Part shown: in pieces, positions 37,118 to 46,478 of the stretch
Layout: every line of letters starts with the position of its first letter
How positions within the stretch are numbered: position 1 is the first letter of the stretch
DNA from: Gemmatimonadota bacterium
Lineage (GTDB): Bacteria > Gemmatimonadota > Gemmatimonadetes > Palauibacterales > Palauibacteraceae
Length of the DNA stretch: 64,000 nt
Direction of reading: 5' to 3'
Assembly (NCBI GenBank): GCA_963666735.1
Contig: OY762926.1
Span: 2,976,001-3,040,000, forward strand
Position numbers and translations under genes: made by a program
The notes under the pieces: model-generated
Told to the model about the DNA's origin: nothing
The model's database searches: none
Seen by the model: the letters and a program-made list of their open reading frames with translations, nothing else

Positions 37118-38052
37118 GCCGCGAGCAGCCGCTCGACCGCGAATCGACTTCTCCGCAGCGAATCGACGTACTGCTCGTTCATGGGGCCGCGCGCCTTCCA
37201 CCGCTCGAACACCTGCTTCCAGGTGATCGTCTCGTTGAAGAGCCAGCGCCGCGCCTTCGGGTCGTACTGGCAGGGCAGCTCGTAGGTCAGCTCCACTTCG
37301 TCCGTATCGGGGTCGCAGCGCGCCGGAAGGTCGTAACCCAGCTCCTCGCACAGCGGCACGACCGCCCTGAGCCAGGTCTGGCGGAGCTGGTCGTTCGTCA
37401 TCCCCTTGAGGCGGAAGTCGAGCTGGGCGTTGTGGTGCTTCCGGTCGTCCGGCATGCCGAACCACTCCACGCCCATTGGAAACATCCAGTCGAGCGTCCG
37501 CTGAACCGCCTCCTTCGCGGCGCCTCCCGCCTCGGCGAAGCGGCGGATCCAGACCTCCCCGTGCCGCAGGTGGAAGTTCTCCTCCATACTCACCTTGACG
37601 AGGCCGCGCTTGAGGGGCCCGTAGCTCGTGTTGCGGTGTACGTCGCCCAGCAGCGTGATCCCGGCCCGGTCGTAGAGCGCGTTCGCCGAGACGAGTGCGG
37701 CCCAGTCCACGAGCGGCTGGTCGAAGCCGTAGGGGTGCTTGAAATGGGCGGGTTCCCGCTCGTAGAGCAGCCAGTGGCGGTCCACGCCCAGATCCTCGAG
37801 CAGGCGGTACGCGATGTTCGCGTGCCCGAGTTCGTCCTGAATGATCGCCGTGGCGGAGACCATCGTGTTCGTGGACGGAGCGTCGCGCGCGGCCATGAAG
37901 TAGGCCGGCGCGCTGATCAGTTCCGTGTCCCCCTGGACCGTGAGCTGCGTGATCAGCGCCCGCTTGTAGGTTTCCGTCATGTCCTCTTCGGACTCGACGA
38001 TGAACCCTTCCTGTACCTTCCGCTGCAACTCCTCGTCCGTGAAACGTCCCAT
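37114..38052 (-). CDS. PaaA-like diiron catalytic subunit (divergent)
   Basis: GDTE, QDELGH, SYGPL.R and EENFH motifs. Confidence 0.85.
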   Translation of the reverse strand: MGRFTDEELQRKVQEGFIVESEEDMTETYKRALITQLTVQGDTELISAPAYFMAARDAPSTNTMVSATAIIQDELGHANIAYRLLEDLGVDRHWLLYEREPAHFKHPYGFDQPLVDWAALVSANALYDRAGITLLGDVHRNTSYGPLKRGLVKVSMEENFHLRHGEVWIRRFAEAGGAAKEAVQRTLDWMFPMGVEWFGMPDDRKHHNAQLDFRLKGMTNDQLRQTWLRAVVPLCEELGYDLPARCDPDTDEVELTYELPCQYDPKARRWLFNETITWKQVFERWKARGPMNEQYVDSLRRSRFAVERLLAA

Positions 38053-38109
38053 ACCGTGGCGCCTCTCCCGCCCGCACCGGATCCTCCGCCCGGCGGGCGA
38101 ACCGTGAAT

Positions 38110-39078
38110 CTACATTGAACTCGCGTCGGGCGTGTCCGGGGTCGCGTCGGCCGTGTGCGAAGCCAGCCGCCGTCCGGCCCGGAAACGAATCGCGCCCCCT
38201 CGGAGCGCGAGCGTCATCCGGTCGCCGTCGACCTGGAACGCTGTCACGGAACGAAGCGCTTCGAGCAAGCGCTGCTCGAAGTCCGCCTGCCGCCCCCGGC
38301 ACTGCCTGCGCATGGCCGCGACGCCGTACAACCGCAGGGCCTCCGCCTCGTGCATTCGGAAGCTCCCGAAAATCCGATTGCAGCCCGCGAATCCCGCCAA
38401 CTGCCCGGTGACGTCCGCGGCGTCGCGCAGGTCCGCCTGGAATCTGAGCGTCACCGGTTCACGCGGCGCGCGGAGGTTCGCGCTCCAGTCCCCGCTGTCG
38501 AACGATTCAAGCTCCCATTCGTGCGTGTAAAGCGCAGGCGTGGCGGCTTGCGCGTCCTCCCCGTCGTCGACGTCGATGAGGGTGGTGGAGGCGAGTCCCC
38601 GATCCGTCAGCGCGAAGTAGGGGGTCCGGTCGACCGAGGGGCGGACCGTGACCGGGTCGCCCGGCCTGCGCACCCGGACGCTCATCCGGATCACGCCGTC
38701 GAGAATCTCCGCCCGGAGGACGTCGATCCGGTCTCCGATGAGGCGCGCGGACACGTCCCGCAGCTGATCGCCGTCTCTCAGAACGGCATGCAGGGTCAGG
38801 AACCGCTCCCGCCCGTGATCCGCCGCGAGCACCGCGATGGCGTCGACGTCCGAATCGAAATCGAGATCGCCGTCGGCCGTGAGGAGAAGTTCGTGGCGCA
38901 CATTGTCCTCACTGACCCCCGTTCCCGCCGTGAGCGTGACCTCGCCACCGTCCAGCGTGAGGAACGTCGCGTCCTCCAACACCTCCCGGCTCGGAGTTAC
39001 GGGCTCGTCGCCGCACCCCATGGCCCCGAACGCCGCGACGAGCAGCCCCGCACGCAGCAGATTCCGTCCGCCCCTCAC
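38110..39078 (-). CDS. META-domain lipoprotein
   Basis: Lipobox AMGC; GFAGCNRIFG...C...E..LL.AL motif. Confidence 0.75.
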   Translation of the reverse strand: MRGGRNLLRAGLLVAAFGAMGCGDEPVTPSREVLEDATFLTLDGGEVTLTAGTGVSEDNVRHELLLTADGDLDFDSDVDAIAVLAADHGRERFLTLHAVLRDGDQLRDVSARLIGDRIDVLRAEILDGVIRMSVRVRRPGDPVTVRPSVDRTPYFALTDRGLASTTLIDVDDGEDAQAATPALYTHEWELESFDSGDWSANLRAPREPVTLRFQADLRDAADVTGQLAGFAGCNRIFGSFRMHEAEALRLYGVAAMRRQCRGRQADFEQRLLEALRSVTAFQVDGDRMTLALRGGAIRFRAGRRLASHTADATPDTPDASSM

Positions 39079-40721
39079 TCTTCCTCCATGTAGGGATACC
39101 GGTAGTCGACCGGCGGGTCGAAGGTCTCCTTGATCGTCCGGGGGGAGACCCAGCGCACGAGGTTCAGAACGGACCCGGCCTTGTCGTTCGTGCCGCTCGC
39201 GCGACCGCCGCCGAAGGGCTGCTGGCCGACCACCGCGCCGGAGGGCTTGTCGTTGATGTAGTAGTTCCCCGCCGCATTCCGAAGCGCCGCGCCCGCGCTT
39301 CGAACGGCCGCCGGGTCGCGCGCGAACACCGCGCCCGTGAGCGCGTACGGAGACGTTCCGTCGACCAGGGCGAGCGTGGATTCCCAGTCCGAGGCGCGGT
39401 ACGGGTGCAGGGTGACGACCGGCCCGAAGATCTCCTCGCACATCAGCTTGTGCCCGGGGTTGTCCGCCTGGACCAGCGTGGGTTCGATGAAATAGCCCCG
39501 GCTGTCGTCGCAGCCGCCGCCGGCGAGGATGCGCGCATCGCCGGATTCGCGAGCGTAGTCGATGTACGACTTGATGCGGTCGAACGCCGGCCGGTCGATC
39601 ACCGCGCCGAGGAAGTTCCGGAAGTCCGCCGGGTCGCCCATGCGAAGTTCCTCGGTCATCGCGACGGCCCGGTCCCGCACATCCTCCCACATCGTGTCCG
39701 GCACGTACACGCGCGATGTCGCCGAGCACTTCTGTCCCTGGTACTCGAAGCCGCCCTGCACGATCGCGACCGCGAGCGCCTGCGGGTCCGCGCTCTCGTG
39801 GGCGAGGATGAAGTCCTTCCCTCCCGTCTCGCCGACGAGTCTCGGATAGGCGCGATAGTTCTCCACGTTCTGCGCGACGGACTTCCAGAGATGCTGGAAC
39901 GTGCCGGTCGAACCGGTGAAGTGGATGCCCCCGAGTTCCGGGCTCGACAGCAGGACATCGCTGATCTCCGAAGCCACGCCGGGGATGAAGTTGATCACGC
40001 CCGGGGGGAGCCCCGCGGCTTCGAGAAGCTTCATCACGTAGTGGGACCCGAGCACGCCGGTGGTCGAGGGCTTCCAGATCGCGACGTTTCCCATGAGCGC
40101 GGGAGACGTGGTCAGATTGGCTCCGATGGCCGTGAAGTTGAACGGACTGATGGCGTAGACGAACCCCTCGAGCGGGCGGTGGTCCATGCGGTTCCGCACG
40201 CCCGGCCCGGAGATGGGCTGCTCCGCGTGCACGCGTCCCGCGAAAAAGGAGTTGAAGCGCCAGAAATCGACGACCTCGCAGGCGGCGTCGATTTCGGCCT
40301 GGAGCGCCGTCTTGCTCTGCCCGAGCATGGTCGCCGCGTTGAGCTTCATCCTCCACGGGCCGGCGAGCAGTTCCGCGGCGCGGAGGAGAATCGCGGCCCG
40401 GTCCTCCCAGGCCCAGTTCGACCACTCCGCCCAGGCCGCGCGCGAGGCGTCGATGGCGGCCCGGGCCTCGGCGGTCCCGGCGATGTGGCAGCGAGCCAGC
40501 ACGTGGCCGTGGTCGTGCGGCATCGCGACGTCGAACGTCTTCGATGTCCGCACCTCGCGCCCGCCGATGATCAGCGGGATCTCGACGACCTCGCTCCGCT
40601 GGCGGAGCAACTCTTCCTTCAGAGCGGCCCGTTCCGGAGTGCCCGGGGCGTAGTCGTAGACAGGTTCGTTGGCGGGAGCCGGAATTGCGCCCTGCTGAAC
40701 CTCGCCGGCAAGTGGTTTCAT
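39075..40721 (-). CDS. pruA: L-glutamate gamma-semialdehyde (P5C) dehydrogenase
   Basis: NEPV..YAPG, QAEIDAACE, GETGGKDF, FEYQGQKCSA and SGTNDKAG motifs. Confidence 0.95.
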   Translation of the reverse strand: MKPLAGEVQQGAIPAPANEPVYDYAPGTPERAALKEELLRQRSEVVEIPLIIGGREVRTSKTFDVAMPHDHGHVLARCHIAGTAEARAAIDASRAAWAEWSNWAWEDRAAILLRAAELLAGPWRMKLNAATMLGQSKTALQAEIDAACEVVDFWRFNSFFAGRVHAEQPISGPGVRNRMDHRPLEGFVYAISPFNFTAIGANLTTSPALMGNVAIWKPSTTGVLGSHYVMKLLEAAGLPPGVINFIPGVASEISDVLLSSPELGGIHFTGSTGTFQHLWKSVAQNVENYRAYPRLVGETGGKDFILAHESADPQALAVAIVQGGFEYQGQKCSATSRVYVPDTMWEDVRDRAVAMTEELRMGDPADFRNFLGAVIDRPAFDRIKSYIDYARESGDARILAGGGCDDSRGYFIEPTLVQADNPGHKLMCEEIFGPVVTLHPYRASDWESTLALVDGTSPYALTGAVFARDPAAVRSAGAALRNAAGNYYINDKPSGAVVGQQPFGGGRASGTNDKAGSVLNLVRWVSPRTIKETFDPPVDYRYPYMEEE

Positions 40722-40940
40722 GAAGGGATCCCCCTGGGTGAATTCGTTCGCGAAGGGAGCGCAATCTGGCGCTCCGCGAGCGAGATTGAAAGGTGCCCGG
40801 CGCGCGGCCGCGCGCCCGTCCGCGGCCGTCCGTATCCGCTCGGGGAGACATCCGCCGTCCGCCCTTGTATCGTGCTGTGTATCGTGCAGTGGACGCGCGC
40901 CGGATTCGTTTGGTTGCCGACGAGGAAGAGCACGGAAAAC

Positions 40941-42431
40941 ATGGCGTTTGCCAGGCACGGATTCCCCGCCGGATCGCGCCCGCGGCGGGAGGCCCTATTG
41001 GCCCTGCTGGCCATACTCGTCGCGCCCTGCTTCCTGTGTCCGGGTGCGGCCGTGGCCCAGGAAGGCGCGGGTTCGCTGCAAACGCTCGCGGCTCGCCTCG
41101 GCCAGGCCCGCGAGAACGCGATCCACCTCCTCGCGCCGTCTTCGTTCGGCGAAGCCGCGGACCGGCTGGAGGACGCGTCGCGTCGTCTGAGGGATGGCCG
41201 ACAGGACGACCGGTTCGAGGAACTGCTGGGCGAGGCCGGACGCTGGTTCGAAGCGGCGGAGCGGATCGCGGCCGCGGGCCGGCCGCACTTCGCGGCGGCG
41301 CTTGCCGCCCGGGACCAGGCCCGCGCCTCCGAAGCCGAGACGCGGGCGGTCGAAGGGTGGGCGCGAGCCGAACGCGAACTGGAAACGGCGGGCCGTCGTC
41401 TGGAACGCGAAGATCTCGAGGACGTGGCGGTGCGAGCGGACCGCGCGGCGGTGCTCTACCGGCGGGCGACCCGCTCCGCGCGGCGCGACGAGTTTCTGGG
41501 AGCGGCGATGCAGGCGCGAGCCGCTGCGATGAACGCGGGCGCGAGCGAGTTGGCCCCGAAGGCGTTCTCGGTGGGCGAGGCGCACATCGCGAGCGCGGAA
41601 ACGGAGATCGAGAACCTCGCTCCCGTGGAGGGGTCGGCGCGGGCCGGGGAAGCCGCGTTCGCCGCTTTCTCCCGCGCCCACCGCATCGCCGCCCTGTTCG
41701 ACAGCGTACGCCGGCGCGAGGTGACGGTCGAACGGCTGCTCGACGCGCATGAGGCGGACCTGGCCCGCCTCGCCGAAGCTGCGGGCGTGGAGGCCCTCCA
41801 GAGCGACGCCGGCGAAACGACCGCGCGCATCGAGGGGGAAATCTCCCGCCTCCTGGCGGACAACACGCGGCTGGGCGCCGAGGTGGCGAGCGAACGAGCG
41901 AGGACCGCGGAACTCGACCGCCGGGTGGCCTCGCTGGAAGACCGCGTGGCCGAGTTCGAGAGGCGCTTCACGGGAGCCCGCGCCGAACTGCTCGCGATAC
42001 GCGAGCGGGAGGCGCGGCTGCGCGAAGTCCAGGGCCTCTTCACCCCTGCGGAAGGGGAAGTCCTGCTCGTCGGAGACCGGCTCGTCCTCCGCCTGTTCGG
42101 CCTCACCTTCGAGCCCGCGCGGGCCGAGATCGACGAGGCGCTGTATCCCCTGCTCACCAAGGTCCAGCGCGTCATCACGACCTTTCCGGGGGCTACCGTG
42201 CGGATCGAGGGGCACACCGACGCGCAGGGCGGGACGCGCGGGAATCAGGCGCTGAGCCAGCGGCGGGCCATCGCCGTGCGCGAGCACCTGCTCGCCCGGG
42301 TGCCCATTCCGTCCTCGCGGGTCGAGGCGGCCGGCCTGGGCGAGGAACGCCCGGTCGCGAGCAACGAGACGGAGGAAGGACGCGCGCGGAACCGCCGGAT
42401 CGAAATCGTCCTCGACCTGGCAGGGAACTGA
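40941..42431 (+). CDS. Coiled-coil protein with C-terminal OmpA-like peptidoglycan-binding domain
   Basis: Signal peptide; IEGHTD, N..LS..RA.AV and GRARNRRIE motifs. Confidence 0.88.
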   Translation: MAFARHGFPAGSRPRREALLALLAILVAPCFLCPGAAVAQEGAGSLQTLAARLGQARENAIHLLAPSSFGEAADRLEDASRRLRDGRQDDRFEELLGEAGRWFEAAERIAAAGRPHFAAALAARDQARASEAETRAVEGWARAERELETAGRRLEREDLEDVAVRADRAAVLYRRATRSARRDEFLGAAMQARAAAMNAGASELAPKAFSVGEAHIASAETEIENLAPVEGSARAGEAAFAAFSRAHRIAALFDSVRRREVTVERLLDAHEADLARLAEAAGVEALQSDAGETTARIEGEISRLLADNTRLGAEVASERARTAELDRRVASLEDRVAEFERRFTGARAELLAIREREARLREVQGLFTPAEGEVLLVGDRLVLRLFGLTFEPARAEIDEALYPLLTKVQRVITTFPGATVRIEGHTDAQGGTRGNQALSQRRAIAVREHLLARVPIPSSRVEAAGLGEERPVASNETEEGRARNRRIEIVLDLAGN

Positions 42432-42464
42432 ACCTGGCCGGGAACTGACGCGAGCCCCGGTGCC

Positions 42465-42683
42465 TCAGTCCCGGGGGCGCTCCGCCTGAACCGCGGCGAT
42501 CACGCCCCACGCCGCGGCTCCCACCGCGAGGCCCGTCCCGATCCAGCGGCCCACCTCCGCCCAGCGTCCGCGCCGTCCCGTGCGCCAGGGCCGGGTGATT
42601 TCGCTCCGCCAGTACTCCACCTCGCCGGAGGCGATCTCCCGGGCCAGGTCCGCCGCCGGTCCGGCCAGTCGCCGGGGGTCCAC
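42465..42683 (-). CDS. Small membrane hypothetical protein
   Basis: RBS upstream, one TM segment, follows the SDR gene. Confidence 0.5.
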   Translation of the reverse strand: MDPRRLAGPAADLAREIASGEVEYWRSEITRPWRTGRRGRWAEVGRWIGTGLAVGAAAWGVIAAVQAERPRD

Positions 42684-42696
42684 GTCCTCGGTCCCC

Positions 42697-43500
42697 TCAG
42701 TCCCCGGGCGGTTTGGAGCCGACGAAGTCCTCGCCTCCGTCGACGCGGATCGTGTTCCCCGTCATCCACCCCGTTTCCGGCGCGGCGAGCGCCACCATGC
42801 AGCGCGCCACCTCTTCCGGGGTTCCCAGTCGTCCGTGGGGGTTCTGGGCGGCGGCCTCGGCGATCATGTGTTCCGCGCCGGGAATCTTGCGAAGCGCGGG
42901 CGTGTCCGTGACGCCGGCCCGGATCGAGTTGACGGTGATGCCCTTCACCGCGAGTTCGAGCGCGAGTTGGCGGCAATGCGATTCGAGCGCGGCCTTGGCC
43001 GCGGAGACGGCTCCGTAGGAAGGGATCACGCGGTCGCCGCCGGACGAGGTCATGGCGAAGATCCGGCCGCCTTCGCCCATCAGGTCGCGCTCGAGCAGCC
43101 CCTGGGTCCAGTAGACCAGCGTATGGGCCATCACGTCCAGCGTCATGTTCATCTGCTCGGGACTCATTCCGTCGTCGTCGTCGGGCACGAAGGGGAGGAG
43201 CGTTCCGAAGGCCAGGGAGTGCATCAGCACGCGCACGGAACCCGGCCCCGCGCTTTCCGCGATTTCGTCCAGTACCCGGTTGCGCTTCTTCGCGGAAGCC
43301 GCGTTTCCGTTGAAGAACGTCGCGCGCCGTCCGCGCGATTCGATCAGATCCCGAATCTCTCCGACGTGCGCGAGTCCCGCCCGCCGGTCCAGGTGTACTC
43401 CGAAGATGTCGTAACCGGCCTCGGCGAACGCCAGCGCGGCCGCTTCGCCGAAGCCGCTCGAGGCGCCGAGAATCAACGCGCCGGGCGCGGAATCCGTCAC
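42697..43500 (-). CDS. SDR oxidoreductase, FabL-like enoyl-ACP reductase
   Basis: LILGASSGFG, YGAVSAAKAALE and VNSIRAG.TDTPAL motifs. Confidence 0.85.
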   Translation of the reverse strand: MTDSAPGALILGASSGFGEAAALAFAEAGYDIFGVHLDRRAGLAHVGEIRDLIESRGRRATFFNGNAASAKKRNRVLDEIAESAGPGSVRVLMHSLAFGTLLPFVPDDDDGMSPEQMNMTLDVMAHTLVYWTQGLLERDLMGEGGRIFAMTSSGGDRVIPSYGAVSAAKAALESHCRQLALELAVKGITVNSIRAGVTDTPALRKIPGAEHMIAEAAAQNPHGRLGTPEEVARCMVALAAPETGWMTGNTIRVDGGEDFVGSKPPGD

Positions 43501-44065
43501 TCGTGTCCCTCCGTCTCCGTCCGTTTGCCGTCCGTCCCAAAGCCGCCCCGCCGCCTCCGCCGCCTTGCGGAAGTTGGAGCGCACAGCATAGCCGTCCGTT
43601 CCCCGGGTCGCACGGTCGTGCGCATCTCCGGACCGCCAACGGCGAAGCATCCGGCAACCCGGACGCCCATCGGCGGCAATCGATATTTTTTGAAAAAAAT
43701 AAGTCGCGCGCCAGTTCTTGGGAGCAGCCGTCACAGCCCGTTCATCGCCGCATGTAACGGGCACGAACGCCGCTCGCGCGCGCCACGGACGCGACGCGGA
43801 TTAGCGGCACGATCCACACATAATCAGGAGTTTTGGACGATCATTCAACAGTCACGTAACGCCCTATGATGCAGCCCGTTACGATCCCATTCCGCAATCC
43901 TCCCATCCCTACGCTAGAGGGTCGTCCGCTTGCAGGAGCCGGAACGTCGATCCTATCCTCAGAGCGCGACGGGAAATGCACGGCCCCCGACTGCCGCGGA
44001 CCCCCGGGGTCCGTTCCGATACAGAGAGCGAAACCCTCGAATTTCTTGCGAGAGCATCCTTGAAC

Positions 44066-44248
44066 ATGATGGCATCATCCGACTGTAGCCTCGTCAACGT
44101 CGTCGTGGATCTCCCGAAGGAGCTTGCTGCGGATGTGGAGGCCGTGCGCCAGCGGGATCCGGAGTTCCTCGAACGAGCCATACAGTACGTCCTGGCCCGC
44201 CGCATCATCTTCGAAGAACTCAAGACGCCCGTCTCGAGACACCGCTGA
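44066..44248 (+). CDS. Small hypothetical protein
   Basis: Host-like codon usage; VVVDLPKELAADVE...DPEFL.R. Confidence 0.6.
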   Translation: MMASSDCSLVNVVVDLPKELAADVEAVRQRDPEFLERAIQYVLARRIIFEELKTPVSRHR

Positions 44249-44412
44249 GGGAGGCGGCCGGCGTGCCCGCGGGGGCGCGGATCCGGTCGCCGAGCGCCGT
44301 CCCCGCCACGACCGGAGGCGTTGACGCCCGTCCCGCCCGGAGCTAAATCGCGCGGGGGGCGGGTGAGCGGGGAGGTGAGGGGTTGGCCAGCGATTGCGAG
44401 CCGAGTATAGCC

Positions 44413-44784
44413 GTGTCTTCCGATACGGAGCGTCCAGCGCCCGGCCGGGGTGCCGAGAGGGGATCGGAGTCCGGCGAAGGCGTCCTGCGGGCCAAATACG
44501 CCGACTACTGCTCGGCTCAACTCACCGAAGTATTCCTCTCCCTGTCTGAAGAACGCATCTACGAGATCGTGGAGGAGGAAGCCCGGGCGCAGGCTTTCGG
44601 CCAAGAGCGCCTTGCGTTTCAGACGAGGGTCCGACTAGCGACCAAGCGACTGCGGGAGAGCGTGCCGCTACCCGATTTCGAGAAGTGGCGCCGCGATTAC
44701 GAAGCTGCCCCCGAAGAGTACGACGAGTACCTGATGGGCCTGTGGCGGCAGCGTTCGGAGGAGGAGGCCCCGGACACCGATTGA
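44413..44784 (+). CDS. Hypothetical protein (start uncertain)
   Basis: Natural composition (LRAKYADYCSA...LPDFEKW). Confidence 0.65.
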   Translation: MSSDTERPAPGRGAERGSESGEGVLRAKYADYCSAQLTEVFLSLSEERIYEIVEEEARAQAFGQERLAFQTRVRLATKRLRESVPLPDFEKWRRDYEAAPEEYDEYLMGLWRQRSEEEAPDTD

Positions 44785-44807
44785 ATCCCGGTGGAATCGG
44801 AGGGGGG

Positions 44808-45119
44808 ATGGCTGGAGATCAGTATGACGCAACCGACGGTGCCGAAGCAGGACGCCCCCAACTGCGGATGTGGGACGAAGCGGGCCAGGAGGCCCCGATC
44901 GGCAACCTTGACGACGGGGAACGCCGGTGGAAGATCCTCGTCATCGCCGAACCCGTCGCCGACGACCTCGTGCGGGGTTGGCTCTCCTTTCGGCTCGACG
45001 ATGAGAAGCATGACACGGCTCCGGTGATCATGGAGGAATCGGTGGCGCACGTCATCGAGCGGGCCATCGCACTCCCGGAGCCCACGCTGCGACAGCTCTT
45101 CCGTTCGGCTCGGCGGTGA
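44808..45119 (+). CDS. Hypothetical protein
   Basis: GGAGG RBS; natural composition. Confidence 0.6.
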   Translation: MAGDQYDATDGAEAGRPQLRMWDEAGQEAPIGNLDDGERRWKILVIAEPVADDLVRGWLSFRLDDEKHDTAPVIMEESVAHVIERAIALPEPTLRQLFRSARR

Positions 45120-45176
45120 CCCCGGCGGGTTCGCCCGCTGACGCCGGCGCAGGTCGGTGACGTCCGGCGCCGGAAA

Positions 45177-46478
45177 ATGATCTGGCTCCTCGTGGCCGTC
45201 GAGGCGGCGGCGCTCTGGGGAATGGTCTGGGGTGGATCCGGCACCCCGTGGCCGGCGATGCCGCTGTGGGCCGTGGCGTTCGCGGCCTATCTCGCGGCGG
45301 CCGGCTGCGCCGCCGGGCCGGGCCGGGCGGCATCGACCCGCCGGCGCATCTGGACCGCCGGGATCGTCCTTCGAGCGGGGGCCTTCCCCGCGGCGCCCGC
45401 CCTTTCCGAGGACATCTATCGGTACATCTGGGACGGCTGGGTTCAGTCCAACGGAGTGAATCCCTACGCGCATTCCCCCTCGGCGTCGGCGCTCGAGGAA
45501 CTGCGCACCGCGTGGTGGCCGCTCATCAACCACGCGGACGTGTCCACGATCTATCCGCCGGGGGCTCAGGTCGTGTTTTCGCTGCTGGTCTCGGCCGGGC
45601 CTGCGTGGTGGATCTTCAAGCTGGGGTGGCTCGCGGCCGACCTGCTGGTGGCGCGGCTCATCGACCGGCTGTCGTCGGGCCGGAGCGTGCTCCCGCTGCT
45701 GCTGTATCTCTGGTCCCCGCTCGTCGTCGTCGAAGTGGCCTGGAGCGGCCACCTGGATCCGCTCGGGGTCGCGCCCATGCTGGGCGCCGTGGCGCTGGCG
45801 GGCAGCACGGCGGTTCCGGCGTGGCGGTCCGGAGCCCTTCTGGGACTCGCCGGCGCGCTGAAGTTCGCCCCCCTCGCCGCACTCCCGGCGCTCTGGCGGC
45901 TCCGCGGTCCCGGGGCGCTCGCCGCAGCCGTCCTCGTACCCCTGCTTCTCTATGTGCCTTACGCCGGCGCGGGGCCGGCCCTCTTCGACGGTCTGCGGAC
46001 CTACGCGGACATCTGGGCGTTCAACGGCGGCCTCTACCGGATACTCGCGCGGCTGCCGGGGCATCCCGATCTCGCGAAGTGGATCGGCGCGTCGATCGTC
46101 GGGGCCATCGCGTGCCGCGCCGCGCTCCGCCGCTGGCCGTTGGAGCGCGCCCTCCTGTGGACGATCGGATCCGCCCTCCTCCTCTCGCCGACCCTCCACC
46201 CCTGGTATCTGCTCTGGGTCCTCCCCTTCGCCTGTCTATCGGCGAATCGGGGTTGGCTCCTGTTCAGCGGCACCGTGTTCTTCGCGTACGCGGGGCGGGA
46301 TGCCTACCTCGGCACGGGGGCGTGGCCGGAGCCCGCGTGGCTGGCCTGGCTGATCCATGGGCCGCCCCTGGCCCTCCTAGCCTGGGATGGCTGGCGGAGA
46401 CGGCGTCCTCAGGGACTCGCGCGTCGTGAGAGCGTAGCCCGCGGCGAAGAGCGCCGTGAAGGGCAGGACGGCGGGTGA
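45177..46478 (+). CDS. GT-C fold membrane glycosyltransferase (GT87/MptB-like)
   Basis: LSEDIYRYIWDG, NPY, TIYPP, E....GH.D and HPWY motifs; many TM helices. Confidence 0.8.
   Translation: MIWLLVAVEAAALWGMVWGGSGTPWPAMPLWAVAFAAYLAAAGCAAGPGRAASTRRRIWTAGIVLRAGAFPAAPALSEDIYRYIWDGWVQSNGVNPYAHSPSASALEELRTAWWPLINHADVSTIYPPGAQVVFSLLVSAGPAWWIFKLGWLAADLLVARLIDRLSSGRSVLPLLLYLWSPLVVVEVAWSGHLDPLGVAPMLGAVALAGSTAVPAWRSGALLGLAGALKFAPLAALPALWRLRGPGALAAAVLVPLLLYVPYAGAGPALFDGLRTYADIWAFNGGLYRILARLPGHPDLAKWIGASIVGAIACRAALRRWPLERALLWTIGSALLLSPTLHPWYLLWVLPFACLSANRGWLLFSGTVFFAYAGRDAYLGTGAWPEPAWLAWLIHGPPLALLAWDGWRRRRPQGLARRESVARGEERREGQDGG

Noticed and set aside
38110..42431. 913-aa and 1008-aa ORFs as giant fusion proteins
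   Set aside because: Only their C-terminal parts (META lipoprotein and OmpA protein) are real; the N-terminal extensions overlap pruA out of frame or antisense.
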